This document shows positions 19,543 through 30,029 of a DNA stretch of 64,000 nucleotides, in pieces. The stretch is from a bacterium (lineage in GTDB: Bacteria > Patescibacteriota > Doudnabacteria > UBA920 > 2-01-FULL-46-14): NCBI GenBank assembly GCA_030700065.1, contig JAUYKH010000003.1, positions 2,876 to 66,875 on the forward strand, written 5' to 3'. The notes beneath the pieces were generated by a model. The model worked only from the letters and a program-made list of their open reading frames with translations, did not search any database and had not been told where the DNA came from. Every line of letters begins with the position of its first letter. Position 1 is the stretch's first letter. The position numbers and the translations under genes are program-made.

Positions 19543-21470
19543 TTCTTTAAGGGCAGAGTAAAATAAAAAATGCTTCCTTTTCCTTCTTCGCTTTCCACCC
19601 AGATGTTTCCTCCGTGCTGATGGATGATTTGATGAGAAATATATAAGCCCAGACCCAATCCCGAAAAGGCTTTCGATCCGGGTCCGTGCGCCTGAAAAAA
19701 TCTTTTGAAAATGTCGCTCTTTTGATCATCCGGGATGCCGATTCCAAAATCCTGAACGCTAATTTGCGCGATTTCACCGTTCCTACCCAATTTGATAATA
19801 ATTTTGTCGGAATTTGGAGAATATTTTACCGCATTATCTATGAGATTAGTCAGAACCTGGCCAACGCGATGCGGATCGCCGACGGCCATATTGTTTATTT
19901 CACCGTCGAGCATTATTTGATGCCTCGTGCCGGCCAGCCGAATGTCCTCGATAATTTCATTGGTCAACGCATTAATGTCGAACTCGGTTTGTCGAAATTT
20001 CAGCTTTCCCGCGCCGATCCGCGAAACATCCAAAAGATCGTTCACAAGATTGGTCAATCTGTCGATCTCCAGATTCATCTTGCGCAGAAATCCTTCCAAA
20101 TTTTTATCTTTTCCTCCCAAATATTTTTGCAAAAGCTGAGTGAAACCTTTGATTGTGGTTATCGGAGTTTTGAGCTCATGACTGGCAATGCTCAAAAATT
20201 CATCTTTTTGTCTGGATAGCTTAATTAATTCGCGTTCTGCATCCTTTCTCTCCGTAATATCGTGGGATATTCCAAGGACCCCTATCACATCGCCCTGGAT
20301 ATTTCGATAAACCGTTTTTGTGGAAAGATATGTTCTTTCAATTCCTCCTACGGTTATTGTTTCATCATATGTCAAGGGCAGACCCGTTTGTAATACTTGA
20401 CGGTCAGTGTCAGTAATTTGGTCGGCAATTTGGGACGAGAATAAATCATAAGCCGTTTTGCCAATTATTTGTCCCTTCGTCGCGCCGATCGATTCAGCCC
20501 CAGCCGAATTTATTATTAAATAACGGCCTCGCAAGTCTTTTACGAAGACGACGTCAGTGATGCCCTCGATGACAGCGGACAGCAGACTGTCATGAGCCTT
20601 GACAGCCTCCTCCGCGATTTTTCTACGGGTAATGTCGCGGGTAATACATCCCGCGCCGATTATCTCTCCCTTTTCATTTTTGATTGGAGAGAGCGAGTGC
20701 GAGACATAAAATAAACTTCCGTCTTTGCGTTTCCGGACGGATTCATGGTTTTTTACGCTTACCCCTTCGCCAACCCGCCGCAGCATATTCATTATTTCCT
20801 CCACCCGATTTTGGGGGACAAGCAGCGTGATCGGCTGGCCGATGATTTCATCCGCCGAATAGCCATAAAGTTTTTGTGCCCCCGCATTTCAGGTCGTGAT
20901 TGTTCCGTTGAGAGTTTGGCTCAAGACGGCATCTTCAGTTGATTCGACAATTGTCGCGAGCCTCGATTGCAAATCCTGCATGCTGTGATTCAGGCGGTAA
21001 ATGGTGATCGCTTGGGCGGCGCTGTTCCCGATGAATGTACAAAGAGCGCGATCTTCGTCGGTGAATTTGTGAGATTTTTTGTAGCACAAAATAATGTTGC
21101 CATAAACATAATTTTTGTACCAAATGGGAACAAAGACCACGCTCTGCGTGTATTGTTTGGCATCGCTTCGGAGGGATTTATCTCTTGACGCATCGCGCAC
21201 AAATATAACAGTTCTGGATTTAAAAGTTTTGGCTGTGCGACCTTTCTTTCTCGGCTGCATCGGGTAAAATGGCGTGTTGGGAGTTTTGTAGATGAGTTCA
21301 AAAACGCCTTGATTTTTGTCCCGCACCCAAGTGAAACCAAAATCAGCGCCCAGCACTTTTAGACCAGCGTGGATAAATTTCTGTAGAATTTCTTTTTCGG
21401 CAGTGGCGCGTATGCACGCCAAAACAACCTCATTTAAAAAACTGATTTTTTGAAGCATAGAACTTTGCAT
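19539..21470 (-). pseudogene. sensor histidine kinase (GAF-PAS-PAS-HisKA-HATPase_c) interrupted by an in-frame TGA at 20889..20891
   Basis: Two same-frame ORFs, 20889..21470 and 19539..20804, are separated only by a TGA. The junction reads LNGTITT*NAGAQKLYGYSADEIIGQP, a PAS core motif. The downstream part carries HELKTPITTIKGF (HisKA) and an ATPase G-box. Confidence 0.6.
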
Positions 21471-21502
21471 AGGTGCAAAAAGTAGTCGCTAGGCAGTTGT
21501 GC

Positions 21503-22318
21503 CTAGCGACGAGCGGTTGCCGTTTTTTGGAATGTAACTATGGTATCAATTTCATTCATAAAGCGACATTTTCGGACGGCCATTCGCTTTAGTCCTTTCT
21601 CTGCCAGGACATCTTCGTATTGGCTAAGCCGTCGGAATTTTCCGGACGGCGTAAATCGGAAATTATCGTCCGCAAGTGCCTCATACAATACGAGGTACCC
21701 CCCAGGCGCAATCACGCTGCCAATTTGACACAACGTCTCTTCCCAATCCTGATCATCCACAATATGCAGACCAACCCTGCCGAAGATGACAATTTGCAGA
21801 CTTTCTTCCGCAAAAGGTGGGTGTCGACCGTGGCTGTTTCCAGTTAGCTCATGAGCAAAACCATAAGTTATGCATTTTACATCTGACCGTTTCAGAACCT
21901 GCCTGACTTGCCTTCGGGCCAGGTTAACATATTTTTGGCAAAAATCGATAGCTCGATAATCTCCCCCAGCTTCATCCACGATGATCGGCAAGAGTCTTAA
22001 GAGCAGATTTCCCGGCCCACAGCCGATCTCCAGGACACGCGCCTTTTCACTTACGAGCGGCATTGTTACATCGGCCACGCAGTTGATCAGCTTTTTGTCG
22101 GCAGCACGCAGTTTTCTGTTCATTTTCTCCAATTTCTCGCGCGATCTCCCGTTGTATGGGGTTAATTTCTCGGCCGCGTCAATATAGAGCGTTGTGACTA
22201 TTGCTTCTGCCAAACCCAGCTTTTTACAGCGCTCAAATCGTTTTGACCAAAGCTCCTGCTGCTGTTGCAACAGGGTAGATAACAAGACCTTAATCATCAT
22301 ATCCTCCTTAAAAGACAA
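21503..22318 (-). CDS. class I SAM-dependent methyltransferase
   Basis: The motif ARVLEIGCGPGNLLLRL is a glycine-rich SAM-binding motif I. Confidence 0.65.
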   Translation of the reverse strand: MSFKEDMMIKVLLSTLLQQQQELWSKRFERCKKLGLAEAIVTTLYIDAAEKLTPYNGRSREKLEKMNRKLRAADKKLINCVADVTMPLVSEKARVLEIGCGPGNLLLRLLPIIVDEAGGDYRAIDFCQKYVNLARRQVRQVLKRSDVKCITYGFAHELTGNSHGRHPPFAEESLQIVIFGRVGLHIVDDQDWEETLCQIGSVIAPGGYLVLYEALADDNFRFTPSGKFRRLSQYEDVLAEKGLKRMAVRKCRFMNEIDTIVTFQKTATARR

Positions 22319-22448
22319 GACCGTTGGGCAACTTTCATAATGCCAAATCCAGAGAAATAAAGCAATAGTAATTTTTAATTTTTTTTTAATCTTTATATCC
22401 TATGATTACATTGAAGACCGTCTAATGTTCAACTAAAAGGGGGGCGAA

Positions 22449-23081
22449 ATGCAATTATCGGCGATGTGCGTGGCCACCGATTTTGGGAAAGTGCTCGTTA
22501 CATATGGCGACCGCGCAGAATTGCTTAAGGAGATTGTTCGACAGCAAGGCGGCAACGAGCGGGTAATAGAAGGAGTCTTCACCGATACGCTTAGTCTGGG
22601 GCTCGATACCGGTGTTTTTACAATGGGTGAGCTTTGGGAGATGGTTCAAGTGCAGGCGGCGTTTGGCGCATTGGGTCTAGACGATTTTTTTGCTTTTTGG
22701 AGACAGCAATATCAGCCCATAGTTCCGGTGGTGGAATATTATCTGGAGCTCCAGAAGAAAAAAATTTTGCTCATTGCTGTCTCGGATGCTGATGAGTTTG
22801 GTTTTGAGCATCAGCGCCGGATATTACGGCAAAGCGGCTTGGATTTTGGGGCCGTATTTGTTTCCTATCAACGACGCAAAAAGAAACCAAAGTTATTCGC
22901 AGATTTGGTTGTTTTCTTGAAAGAGAAGGGAATTGAACCCTCGCAATGCGTGGTGGTGGATGATCTTCACGCGCAGGCAGCCCAAAGGGAGTACGGATTT
23001 ATTCCCGTGACATTTGATGGAACCACACAGGATGTCTCCGTCCTGCGGGAAAGCCTCTCGGCGATTTTTTGCGGGCCATAG
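22449..23081 (+). CDS. HAD-superfamily hydrolase-like protein (putative)
   Basis: The C-terminal VVVDDLHAQAAQREYGFIPVTF resembles HAD motif IV. Motif I is weak. Confidence 0.35.
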   Translation: MQLSAMCVATDFGKVLVTYGDRAELLKEIVRQQGGNERVIEGVFTDTLSLGLDTGVFTMGELWEMVQVQAAFGALGLDDFFAFWRQQYQPIVPVVEYYLELQKKKILLIAVSDADEFGFEHQRRILRQSGLDFGAVFVSYQRRKKKPKLFADLVVFLKEKGIEPSQCVVVDDLHAQAAQREYGFIPVTFDGTTQDVSVLRESLSAIFCGP

Positions 23082-23190
23082 CGATAAAAGCCATAAATAG
23101 GCAGCTGTCCCAAGGGGCGGCTACCTATTTTAATGAATTTTTAATCTAAACGAGCTATAATGGCTGTGTGGATTAAAAAGCTCAAATAAT

Positions 23191-23850
23191 ATGGTTATTT
23201 TACTTGTAGAAGATGAAAAAAAGCTCGCGGATTTTGTAAAAACCGCGTTGGAACACGAGCATTATAGCGTGGAATTAGCCTTTGACGGGGACGAAGCCCT
23301 CAAGAAACTGGCAATTTACGACTATGATCTGGTCATTCTGGATGTGATGCTCCCGAAAAAAGACGGCTTTCAAGTGTGCAAAGAAATCCGCGATATGGGA
23401 CTCAAGGTTCCGGTATTAATGCTGACGGCGCGCGACCAGCCAGCTGACAAAGTCGCGGGTCTCAACGTCGGCGCGGACGATTATGTGGTCAAACCATTTG
23501 AGCTCAACGAGCTTTTCGCCAGGATTCGGGCGCTGACCAGGCGAGGCAATGACCTGAAACCGAATCGGCTGGCGGTTGGGGATTTGGTTTTGGACACAGC
23601 CAGCCACGAGGTAACCCGGGGCGGCAAACCCATTGATTTGACCAGCAAGGAATACCGGATTTTGGAGTACCTGATGCGCAACGAAGGCACTGTCTGCAGC
23701 CGCACGATGATCAACGAGCATATCTGGGGATTCAATTACGTGAAAAGCAATATTATCGACGTCTATATGAGCCGGCTGCGCTCCAAAGTGGATCAGGGGC
23801 AAACCAGTGCAGCTGATTCACACAGTCCACGGGGTCGGCTACAAGATTAA
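23191..23850 (+). CDS. OmpR-family response regulator (REC + winged-helix); apparent +1 frameshift in the G-run at 23796..23799, with the C-terminus continuing to 23905 in another frame
   Basis: The N-terminal MVILLVEDEKKLADF matches a receiver domain, and the trans_reg_C region ends IIDVYMSRLRSKVDQG. The alternative frame encodes the expected KPVQLIHTVHGVGYKIKTPNNQPEKVASPAPAAF and stops at 23905. Confidence 0.75.
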   Translation: MVILLVEDEKKLADFVKTALEHEHYSVELAFDGDEALKKLAIYDYDLVILDVMLPKKDGFQVCKEIRDMGLKVPVLMLTARDQPADKVAGLNVGADDYVVKPFELNELFARIRALTRRGNDLKPNRLAVGDLVLDTASHEVTRGGKPIDLTSKEYRILEYLMRNEGTVCSRTMINEHIWGFNYVKSNIIDVYMSRLRSKVDQGQTSAADSHSPRGRLQD

Positions 23851-24126
23851 GACGCCGAACAATCAGCCCGAAAAAGTCGCCTCTCCGGCGCCTGCCGCTT
23901 TTTAATTTTGGTTTAAGCTTTGAATAGTATTATTAAGAAGGAGGGGACGGGCAGATCCGTCCTCTTCACCATAAACATAAAAAAGATTTATCGAATGCCA
24001 AAGTACGGAGAAAAAGTCAAAAAATAGTCGAGGAGCCCCCGCGGATACACGAATATAAACGAGGCTCCCCATAATTTGGCAAAGCGATGTTTTAGAATCG
24101 ATTCTTTTTGATTTGCTCGAAAAGGG

Positions 24127-26607
24127 GTGATGGGAGGGTTTTTAGCAGGATTTAAAAATATGATGCCGAATTTGTCAAAAAGGAAGAAAATATTGTTCAT
24201 TGCCGGACTGGTAATGGTCGTGGTTTTGGCATATCCCCTCGCCTTATTTGTCTATTACCTCTCCCAAGACGAACTTTCTGCCCGCGAAGTACCCCTGTCG
24301 ACCAAGATTCTCGACCGAAACGGCCGCTTGCTTTACGAAGTTCATGGGGATATAAAAAGAACATATCTTCAGCCCGACGAGATTCCGGAAATAATACGGC
24401 AGGCAACCATCGCGGTCGAGGATAAGGATTTCTACCACCATGTCGGCTTCGATTTCACGGCCATAATCCGGGCAACGCTTAAAGATATTCAATCCCGGTC
24501 ATTGCTCCAGGGAGGCAGCACAATTTCACAGCAGTTTGTGCGAAACGCGGTCTTAAGCCGTGAAAAAACCTTTGAAAGAAAGATTAAAGAAGCCGTGCTG
24601 ACCGTATTGTTGGAGCTGCGGTATACCAAAGCGGAGATATTACACATGTATCTCAATGAAGTTCCTTACGGGTCGAATATTTACGGAATCGAAGCGGCGA
24701 GCCAGACTTTTTTCGCAAAACCGGCCAAAGATTTGACAGCGGCCGAGGCCGCTTATTTGGCGGTTCTGCCCAAGGCCCCGACCTATTATTCCCCCCACGG
24801 CGCAAACAGGGAAGATCTTGACGAGCGGACCCGCGGGGCACTTCTGTCCATGCGCGAGGAAGGATTTATTACCAACGAACAGCTGGAATTTGCACTGGCG
24901 GAAGAGGTCCAGTTTCAAAAGAACATAGCAAAAATTGCCGCTCCACATTTTGTGTTTTACGTGCAGGACCTGGTCGAGAAACAATATGGCGCAGATGTCC
25001 TGCGCCAGGGAGGCTTGCAAATTACCACCACCCTGGATCTGAACCTTCAGAACGTCGCGGAAGAGACTGTCGAGAAATATGCCGCCAGAAACGAAAAACA
25101 ATTTCGCGCGACGAATGCGTCGCTTGTGGCACTCGATCCGCGTACCGGTCAAATATTGGCCATGGTCGGCAGCCGCGATTATTTTAATCCGCAATACGGC
25201 GCCGTAAATGTCGCGCTTCGTCCGCGTCAGCCGGGTTCATCTTTTAAACCATACGTGTACGCGGCAGCTTTCAAGGAGGGGATGGCTCCGGCGACCCTGC
25301 TTTTCGACGTCAGAACAAATTTCGGAAGATACGGCGGCCGGGATTACATCCCCAAGAATTATGACGGCCGAACCCGCGGGCCGATATCCATGAGGCAGGC
25401 TCTGCAAGGCTCGCTGAATATTCCGGCCGTGAAGACGCTGATGCTCGTTGGGATAGACGACGCGATCAATACGGCGGAGAGCATGGGTCTCACCACGCTT
25501 GGGGACCGCTCGCGATACGGGCCGGCCCTGGTCCTGGGCGGCGCGGAAGTGAAACTGCTCGAGCACACCGCCGGCTTCGGAACATTCGCGGCCGGGGGCG
25601 TGAAATATGAAACGGCGGCGGTTCTCAAAATTGAGGACAGCAAAGGGAAGATTTTACAGCAGTTTTCCCCGAAGCCGAGGCTGGCGTTGGATCCGGAGAT
25701 TGCCTATCTGATAAATGACGTGCTTTCCGATAACGAGGCCCGGATGTTTATTTTTGCCAACAGAAAGAATGTTTTGACCTTGCCGGACCGCAAGGTCGCG
25801 GCCAAGACCGGAACGACGCAGGATTTCCGGGACGCCTGGACGATCGGCTACGTTCCGAGCTTGGCAACCGGCGTCTGGGTCGGCAACAATGACAATTCTC
25901 CCATGAGGTCCGGTGCGGACGGGTTGTACGCGGCCGCGCCGATTTGGAACGAGTTTATGAAGAAGGCTTTGGCGCTGACCCAAACCCCGCCGGAAAATTT
26001 CGCGAGGCCGGAAGGAATCGTGGAGATTCCCGTGGACAGTCTGTCGGGGAAATTGCCCACGCCATACAGCCCCAGCACAAAAATGGAAGTTTTTTCCAGT
26101 TTCAACGTGCCGACGCAAAAAGACGACATCCATGTCGCGGTCCCGGCTGGTAGCGGAAACTATGTTTCCACAGTCTTTCATTCAGAAAAACCTGATGATC
26201 CCGCGTGGGAAGGCCCGGTCCGGGCCTGGGCCCTGGCCCGCGGCTATGGTGACTCCAGTATCCAATTTGCCGGAACCCGCGATCCGGGTATTGCCATCAG
26301 TCTCTTCGGGGATAATGTGATCACTGCATTGCCGTGGAGTTTGCGCGTCGAAACCGCATCCGCCGAACCCGTACAAACTATCGAACTATATTTAAATAAC
26401 CGCCCGATCGGAGTATATTCGGGCGGCGCGGCGGAATTTATTAGTAGCACAGCGCCTACTGCAGGTTCGTATATTTTGGGTATCAAAGCCGTCACATCAA
26501 ACGACAATTACAATTATCAGGTTTTCAAGCTGGTTTTCTCTGACGAGCCGGCTTTGGCGAGTGTGCAAACTGATGTTGGCGGGGCCGAGACGGAACAGTC
26601 TTTTTGA
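24127..26607 (+). CDS. penicillin-binding protein 1A family (GT51 transglycosylase + transpeptidase) with a ~200-aa C-terminal extension
   Basis: The protein has an N-terminal TM segment. The GT51 motifs EDKDFYHHVGFD and GGSTISQQ are present. The transpeptidase domain carries SSFKP and KTGTT. Confidence 0.9.
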   Translation: MMGGFLAGFKNMMPNLSKRKKILFIAGLVMVVVLAYPLALFVYYLSQDELSAREVPLSTKILDRNGRLLYEVHGDIKRTYLQPDEIPEIIRQATIAVEDKDFYHHVGFDFTAIIRATLKDIQSRSLLQGGSTISQQFVRNAVLSREKTFERKIKEAVLTVLLELRYTKAEILHMYLNEVPYGSNIYGIEAASQTFFAKPAKDLTAAEAAYLAVLPKAPTYYSPHGANREDLDERTRGALLSMREEGFITNEQLEFALAEEVQFQKNIAKIAAPHFVFYVQDLVEKQYGADVLRQGGLQITTTLDLNLQNVAEETVEKYAARNEKQFRATNASLVALDPRTGQILAMVGSRDYFNPQYGAVNVALRPRQPGSSFKPYVYAAAFKEGMAPATLLFDVRTNFGRYGGRDYIPKNYDGRTRGPISMRQALQGSLNIPAVKTLMLVGIDDAINTAESMGLTTLGDRSRYGPALVLGGAEVKLLEHTAGFGTFAAGGVKYETAAVLKIEDSKGKILQQFSPKPRLALDPEIAYLINDVLSDNEARMFIFANRKNVLTLPDRKVAAKTGTTQDFRDAWTIGYVPSLATGVWVGNNDNSPMRSGADGLYAAAPIWNEFMKKALALTQTPPENFARPEGIVEIPVDSLSGKLPTPYSPSTKMEVFSSFNVPTQKDDIHVAVPAGSGNYVSTVFHSEKPDDPAWEGPVRAWALARGYGDSSIQFAGTRDPGIAISLFGDNVITALPWSLRVETASAEPVQTIELYLNNRPIGVYSGGAAEFISSTAPTAGSYILGIKAVTSNDNYNYQVFKLVFSDEPALASVQTDVGGAETEQSF

Positions 26608-26610
26608 CAG

Positions 26611-28389
26611 TTATGAAAGGACGGTTTTGCGGATGCGGATGTTTTTGGGCGTGACCTCCACCAGTTCATCATCACCAAGATATTCGAGGGCATCCTCCAG
26701 CCCCATTGTCTTGGGCGCGTTGAAGTGTTTATCCGATCCCTCCCCCTTTGATCTCATGTTGGAGAGTTGTTTGGTTTTGCAGACATTGACGGCCAGATCC
26801 TGGCTTCGGGAATTTTGACCCACGACCTGCCCTTTGTACACGGCCACGCCTGGGCCTATAAACAGCACGCCACGGTCCTGGATATTCAACAGGCCGTACA
26901 TATTGGTGACTCCGCTTTCGTAAGCCACCAAAGAGCCCTGGGAGCGCTCTTTCCAGCCGCCTGGCGGATCAGGCCGGAAATCAACGAAACTCGAATTGAA
27001 AATTCCCAATCCGTGCGCGTCGTTTAAGAATTCGGCTCGATAACCAAACAGCCCGCGCGTTGGAATAACAAATTCCAGATACCCCACCCCCTTCTCTATT
27101 TTCATATTTTGCATTTCCCCGTGACGGCTGCCGAGCCGCTGGATGACGATGCCGACATACTGTTCCGGAACCTCGATAAAAACCTGTTCGTAGGGTACGT
27201 GTGTCCGCCCGTTTTTTTCTTTGGTGATAACCTGGGGCCTTCCGACCTGCAGTTCATACCCTTCCCGCCGCATGCGCTCGATCAGGATGGCCAAATGAAG
27301 CTCTCCCCGCCCCGCGACAATAAATTTCCCTTCCGGCCCGTCTTCGACATGAAGCGCGACATCTTTTTCAAGTTCTTTGTGCAGCCGTTCCCGGATTTGC
27401 CTGCTGGTGCTGAATTTGCCTTCTTTGCCGGCAAAGGGAGAGTCATTGATTTTGAAATTCATTTTCACGGTCGGCTCCTCGATCGCGAGCAGGGGAAGCG
27501 CCAGCGGCTCCTGCGGATCGGCCACCGTCTCCCCGACCAGGATATCGCTTACACCGGCCAGGGCGATGATGTCGCCCGCTGTCGCATCCGGCGTTTCGAG
27601 CCGTTCCAGACCCTCGAATGTCATCAGAGAAATCAAGCGGTATTTCCGGATTTGACCGCCGCGATTGATATGGGCCACTTCCTGGCCGCTTTTCACAACC
27701 CCGTTATAGATTCGTCCGGTGGCGAGCCGGCCTTTGAAACTGTCGTAATCAATGTTGGTCACGAGAATTTGCAGAGGCTTCGCCGGGTCGCCGGATGGCG
27801 GGGGAATGTGTTGGATAATTGCGTCAAAGACCGGGGAAATATTTTCCATCTTTGAGAGGTCAGCTTCAATTCCAGCTTTCCCAAGCTTGGCGGAAGCAAA
27901 CAGCACCGGGAAATTGGCCGCGCTGTCACTCGCCTTAAGCTCCAGGAAAAGGTCAAGGGTTTTGTCCAAAACGTGTTTGTGCCGCTCGTCCGGTTTGTCT
28001 ATTTTGTTGATCACAACAATAATTTTGTGTCCGAGTTTCAGCGCCTGCTTCAGCACGAATTTGGTCTGCGGCATGGGCCCCTCTTTTGCGTCGACCAGCA
28101 GGAGACAGCCGTCGGCCAATTTGAGCACCCGTTCGACCTCGCCTCCGAAATCAGCGTGCCCGGGCGTGTCAATAATGTTGATTTTGACGCCGTTCCAGCG
28201 CACTGACGCGTTTTTTGAAAAGATAGTGATTCCCCGCTCTCGTTCCAGCTCGTTCGTGTCGAGGATTTGCTCGCGATCGATGACCTCTTTGCCGAGCTTG
28301 GTTTTGGACTGGCGCAGCAAAGCATCCACGAGCGTTGTTTTCCCGTGGTCGACATGAGCGATAATCGCGACATTCCTGATGTTGTTCAT
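26611..28389 (-). CDS. typA: translational GTPase TypA/BipA
   Basis: The N-terminus MNNIRNVAIIAHVDHGKTTLVDALL and G-domain motifs DTPGHADF and NKID are present, with EF-G-like domains following. Total length is 592 aa. Confidence 0.93.
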   Translation of the reverse strand: MNNIRNVAIIAHVDHGKTTLVDALLRQSKTKLGKEVIDREQILDTNELERERGITIFSKNASVRWNGVKINIIDTPGHADFGGEVERVLKLADGCLLLVDAKEGPMPQTKFVLKQALKLGHKIIVVINKIDKPDERHKHVLDKTLDLFLELKASDSAANFPVLFASAKLGKAGIEADLSKMENISPVFDAIIQHIPPPSGDPAKPLQILVTNIDYDSFKGRLATGRIYNGVVKSGQEVAHINRGGQIRKYRLISLMTFEGLERLETPDATAGDIIALAGVSDILVGETVADPQEPLALPLLAIEEPTVKMNFKINDSPFAGKEGKFSTSRQIRERLHKELEKDVALHVEDGPEGKFIVAGRGELHLAILIERMRREGYELQVGRPQVITKEKNGRTHVPYEQVFIEVPEQYVGIVIQRLGSRHGEMQNMKIEKGVGYLEFVIPTRGLFGYRAEFLNDAHGLGIFNSSFVDFRPDPPGGWKERSQGSLVAYESGVTNMYGLLNIQDRGVLFIGPGVAVYKGQVVGQNSRSQDLAVNVCKTKQLSNMRSKGEGSDKHFNAPKTMGLEDALEYLGDDELVEVTPKNIRIRKTVLS

Positions 28390-28646
28390 AAAAGTGATAA
28401 ATGAACCTCCGTGTTCTCTTATAAAATGAGTTCATTCTCCGTAGCTTGCCATCCTCCTTCGCTAAAGCTTCGGAGGATTCTCATAATATTGAATCTCCGC
28501 AGACAAGCTGCGGAGTTATAACAGCGGAGGAGAACAAAAAATCTGCGCTTTCAGGCAGAATTCTTAAGCGAACTCTTCTATCTCTGTATATCAAATTTTT
28601 TGTTGAATGTCAACCAATCGCAAGTAATCTGTGCTAAAATGATTTC

Positions 28647-29606
28647 ATGATATTGTTCAATCTGTTGATATTCGCCATTGGTGCTGTTGTTTTGTGGTTC
28701 GCGGCCGGTTTGGTAATCAGCGGGGTAAATCGATTTTCCAGAAGCGTCAGGATTTCAAAATTCGCGACTTCTTTCCTGTTGCTGGGGTTGCTGACTTCCA
28801 TAGGTGAAATATCCGTTGGGATAAATTCCATCCTGGATAAAAAGCCGGAGATATTTGTCGGCAATCTGATCGGGGGCTCGTTTGTCATCCTGCTTTTCAT
28901 TGTTCCAATTTTGGCCATCTTCGGCAGGGGAATAACCCTGGGCCAATATCTGCAGCCGAAGAAGCTCTCGTTCTTTTTAGTTTTGATCGTCGCCCCGTCC
29001 TTTCTCATTCTGGACGGATATGTTAGCCGTTACGACGGCCTGCTTTTGATCCTCCTTTATGGCTTGTTTTTCAATCTTTTTCAGAAGTCGGAAAAACTAT
29101 TGGAGAAGCCGGATCTTAAGCAGATGAATGTCCCGCAAACAGAATATAACCTGGCGAAAATAGTCATTGGCGCGATTCTCATTTTTTTGGCCAGCAAAAT
29201 ACTGGTTGACAAAACCATTTACTTTGCCAGTATTCTGGAAATTCCGCCTTTTATGATCAGTATTTTGATTTTGTCGATCGGGACAAATCTGCCGGAACTG
29301 ATAATAGCGGCCAACTCGATCAAAAATAAACAAAAATCAATTGCCTTTGGCGATTATATTGGATCGGCCGCGACAAATTCCCTGCTTTTTGGCACCCTCG
29401 TCCTCATTTACGGGCCATTCGAGGTTGCTTCCAATGGGTTTGATTTTACCCTGTTCATTTTGCTGCTGGGGTACATCTGCTTCTTTTCCTTCGCTCATTC
29501 CCGGAAACACCTGTCCTTGATGCAGGGAGTAGTTTTGATTGTTATATATCTGTTTTTCTTCCTGGTTCAAACTACCGAGATATTTCTGGCTTCTCCAAAA
29601 ATTTAA
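28647..29606 (+). CDS. Na+/Ca2+ exchanger family membrane protein (CaCA, YrbG-like)
   Basis: Two alpha-repeat regions are present. The second carries GTNLPELIIAANSI. Confidence 0.7.
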   Translation: MILFNLLIFAIGAVVLWFAAGLVISGVNRFSRSVRISKFATSFLLLGLLTSIGEISVGINSILDKKPEIFVGNLIGGSFVILLFIVPILAIFGRGITLGQYLQPKKLSFFLVLIVAPSFLILDGYVSRYDGLLLILLYGLFFNLFQKSEKLLEKPDLKQMNVPQTEYNLAKIVIGAILIFLASKILVDKTIYFASILEIPPFMISILILSIGTNLPELIIAANSIKNKQKSIAFGDYIGSAATNSLLFGTLVLIYGPFEVASNGFDFTLFILLLGYICFFSFAHSRKHLSLMQGVVLIVIYLFFFLVQTTEIFLASPKI

Positions 29607-29628
29607 GGCTCAACCGCGGTTGAGCCTT
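29605..29628 (+). terminator. terminator hairpin (11-bp stem AAGGCTCAACC-GCG-GTTGAGCCTT)
   Basis: A perfect inverted repeat overlaps and follows the stop codon of the exchanger gene. Confidence 0.5.
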
Positions 29629-29696
29629 AAAAGCCTTGTTAGGAAGCCCTTTGTTTGCTAAGCTTACCGCGTTAAACAGTCCCCATAAAAAAGGGA

Positions 29697-29790
29697 CGAG
29701 GCCCTATCGTCCCCGCCTGACGGCCGGCAGGTAGTCTGGTCTAGCCCTCCGGAGGAGGGTCCGCCTCCGGCGGAGACGCCACCTTGAAAA
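29697..29790 (+). repeat. insertion-bearing partial duplicate of the tRNA-Glu 5' half (GAGGCCCTATCGTC ... TAGTCTGGTCTAG ... GACGCCA)
   Basis: Blocks identical to tRNA-Glu positions 1-30 are interrupted by two GC-rich hairpin-forming insertions. The region lies about 330 bp upstream of the intact tRNA-Glu. Confidence 0.5.
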
Positions 29791-30029
29791 ATGTATTATT
29801 TATACATCATTCAAAGCACAATAAAAGAGTGGAGATATATCGGCAGCACGGCCGACATAACCGAAAGAGTTGCTGAACACAATGCCGGTAAGGTAAGATA
29901 AACCAAGCCTTACAGGCCACTAAAGCTGGTGCATACGGAAACCTTTAGAGATAAAACATCGGCTCGTAAGCGGGAAATATTTTTAAAAAGGACTGCGAAA
30001 GCACGGAAAGATTTGTTTAAAGAAATTGA
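29791..30029 (+). pseudogene. GIY-YIG nuclease family protein (small T5orf172/UPF0213-like) with an in-frame TAA at 29899..29901
   Basis: Hand translation gives MYYLYIIQSTIKEWRYIGSTADITERVAEHNAGKVR*TKPYRPLKLVHTETFRDKTSARKREIFLKRTAKARKDLFKEI. The frame runs into the tRNA-Glu gene. Confidence 0.5.

Noticed and set aside
20889-20891. Possibility that TGA is a sense codon (genetic code 4 or 25, as in some CPR lineages)
   Set aside because: rpoB, rpoC, valS, typA and PBP1A contain no internal TGA under the standard code. Several genes (PBP1A, the serine recombinase) terminate at TGA. A standard-code nonsense mutation or read error fits better.
28446-28637. 63-aa ORF in the typA/exchanger divergent intergenic region
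   Set aside because: The region is full of hairpins (a 7-bp stem at 28451..28478 and an 8-bp stem at 28495..28515). It is more likely promoter or leader sequence than coding.
29690-29790. Tested whether the GC-rich hairpin cluster upstream of tRNA-Glu is an SRP RNA, tRNA-Sec or a complete long-arm tRNA
   Set aside because: No SRP domain IV motif, no UCA anticodon loop and no T-loop or CCA end could be folded. It is better explained as a tRNA-Glu 5'-half duplicate with insertions.
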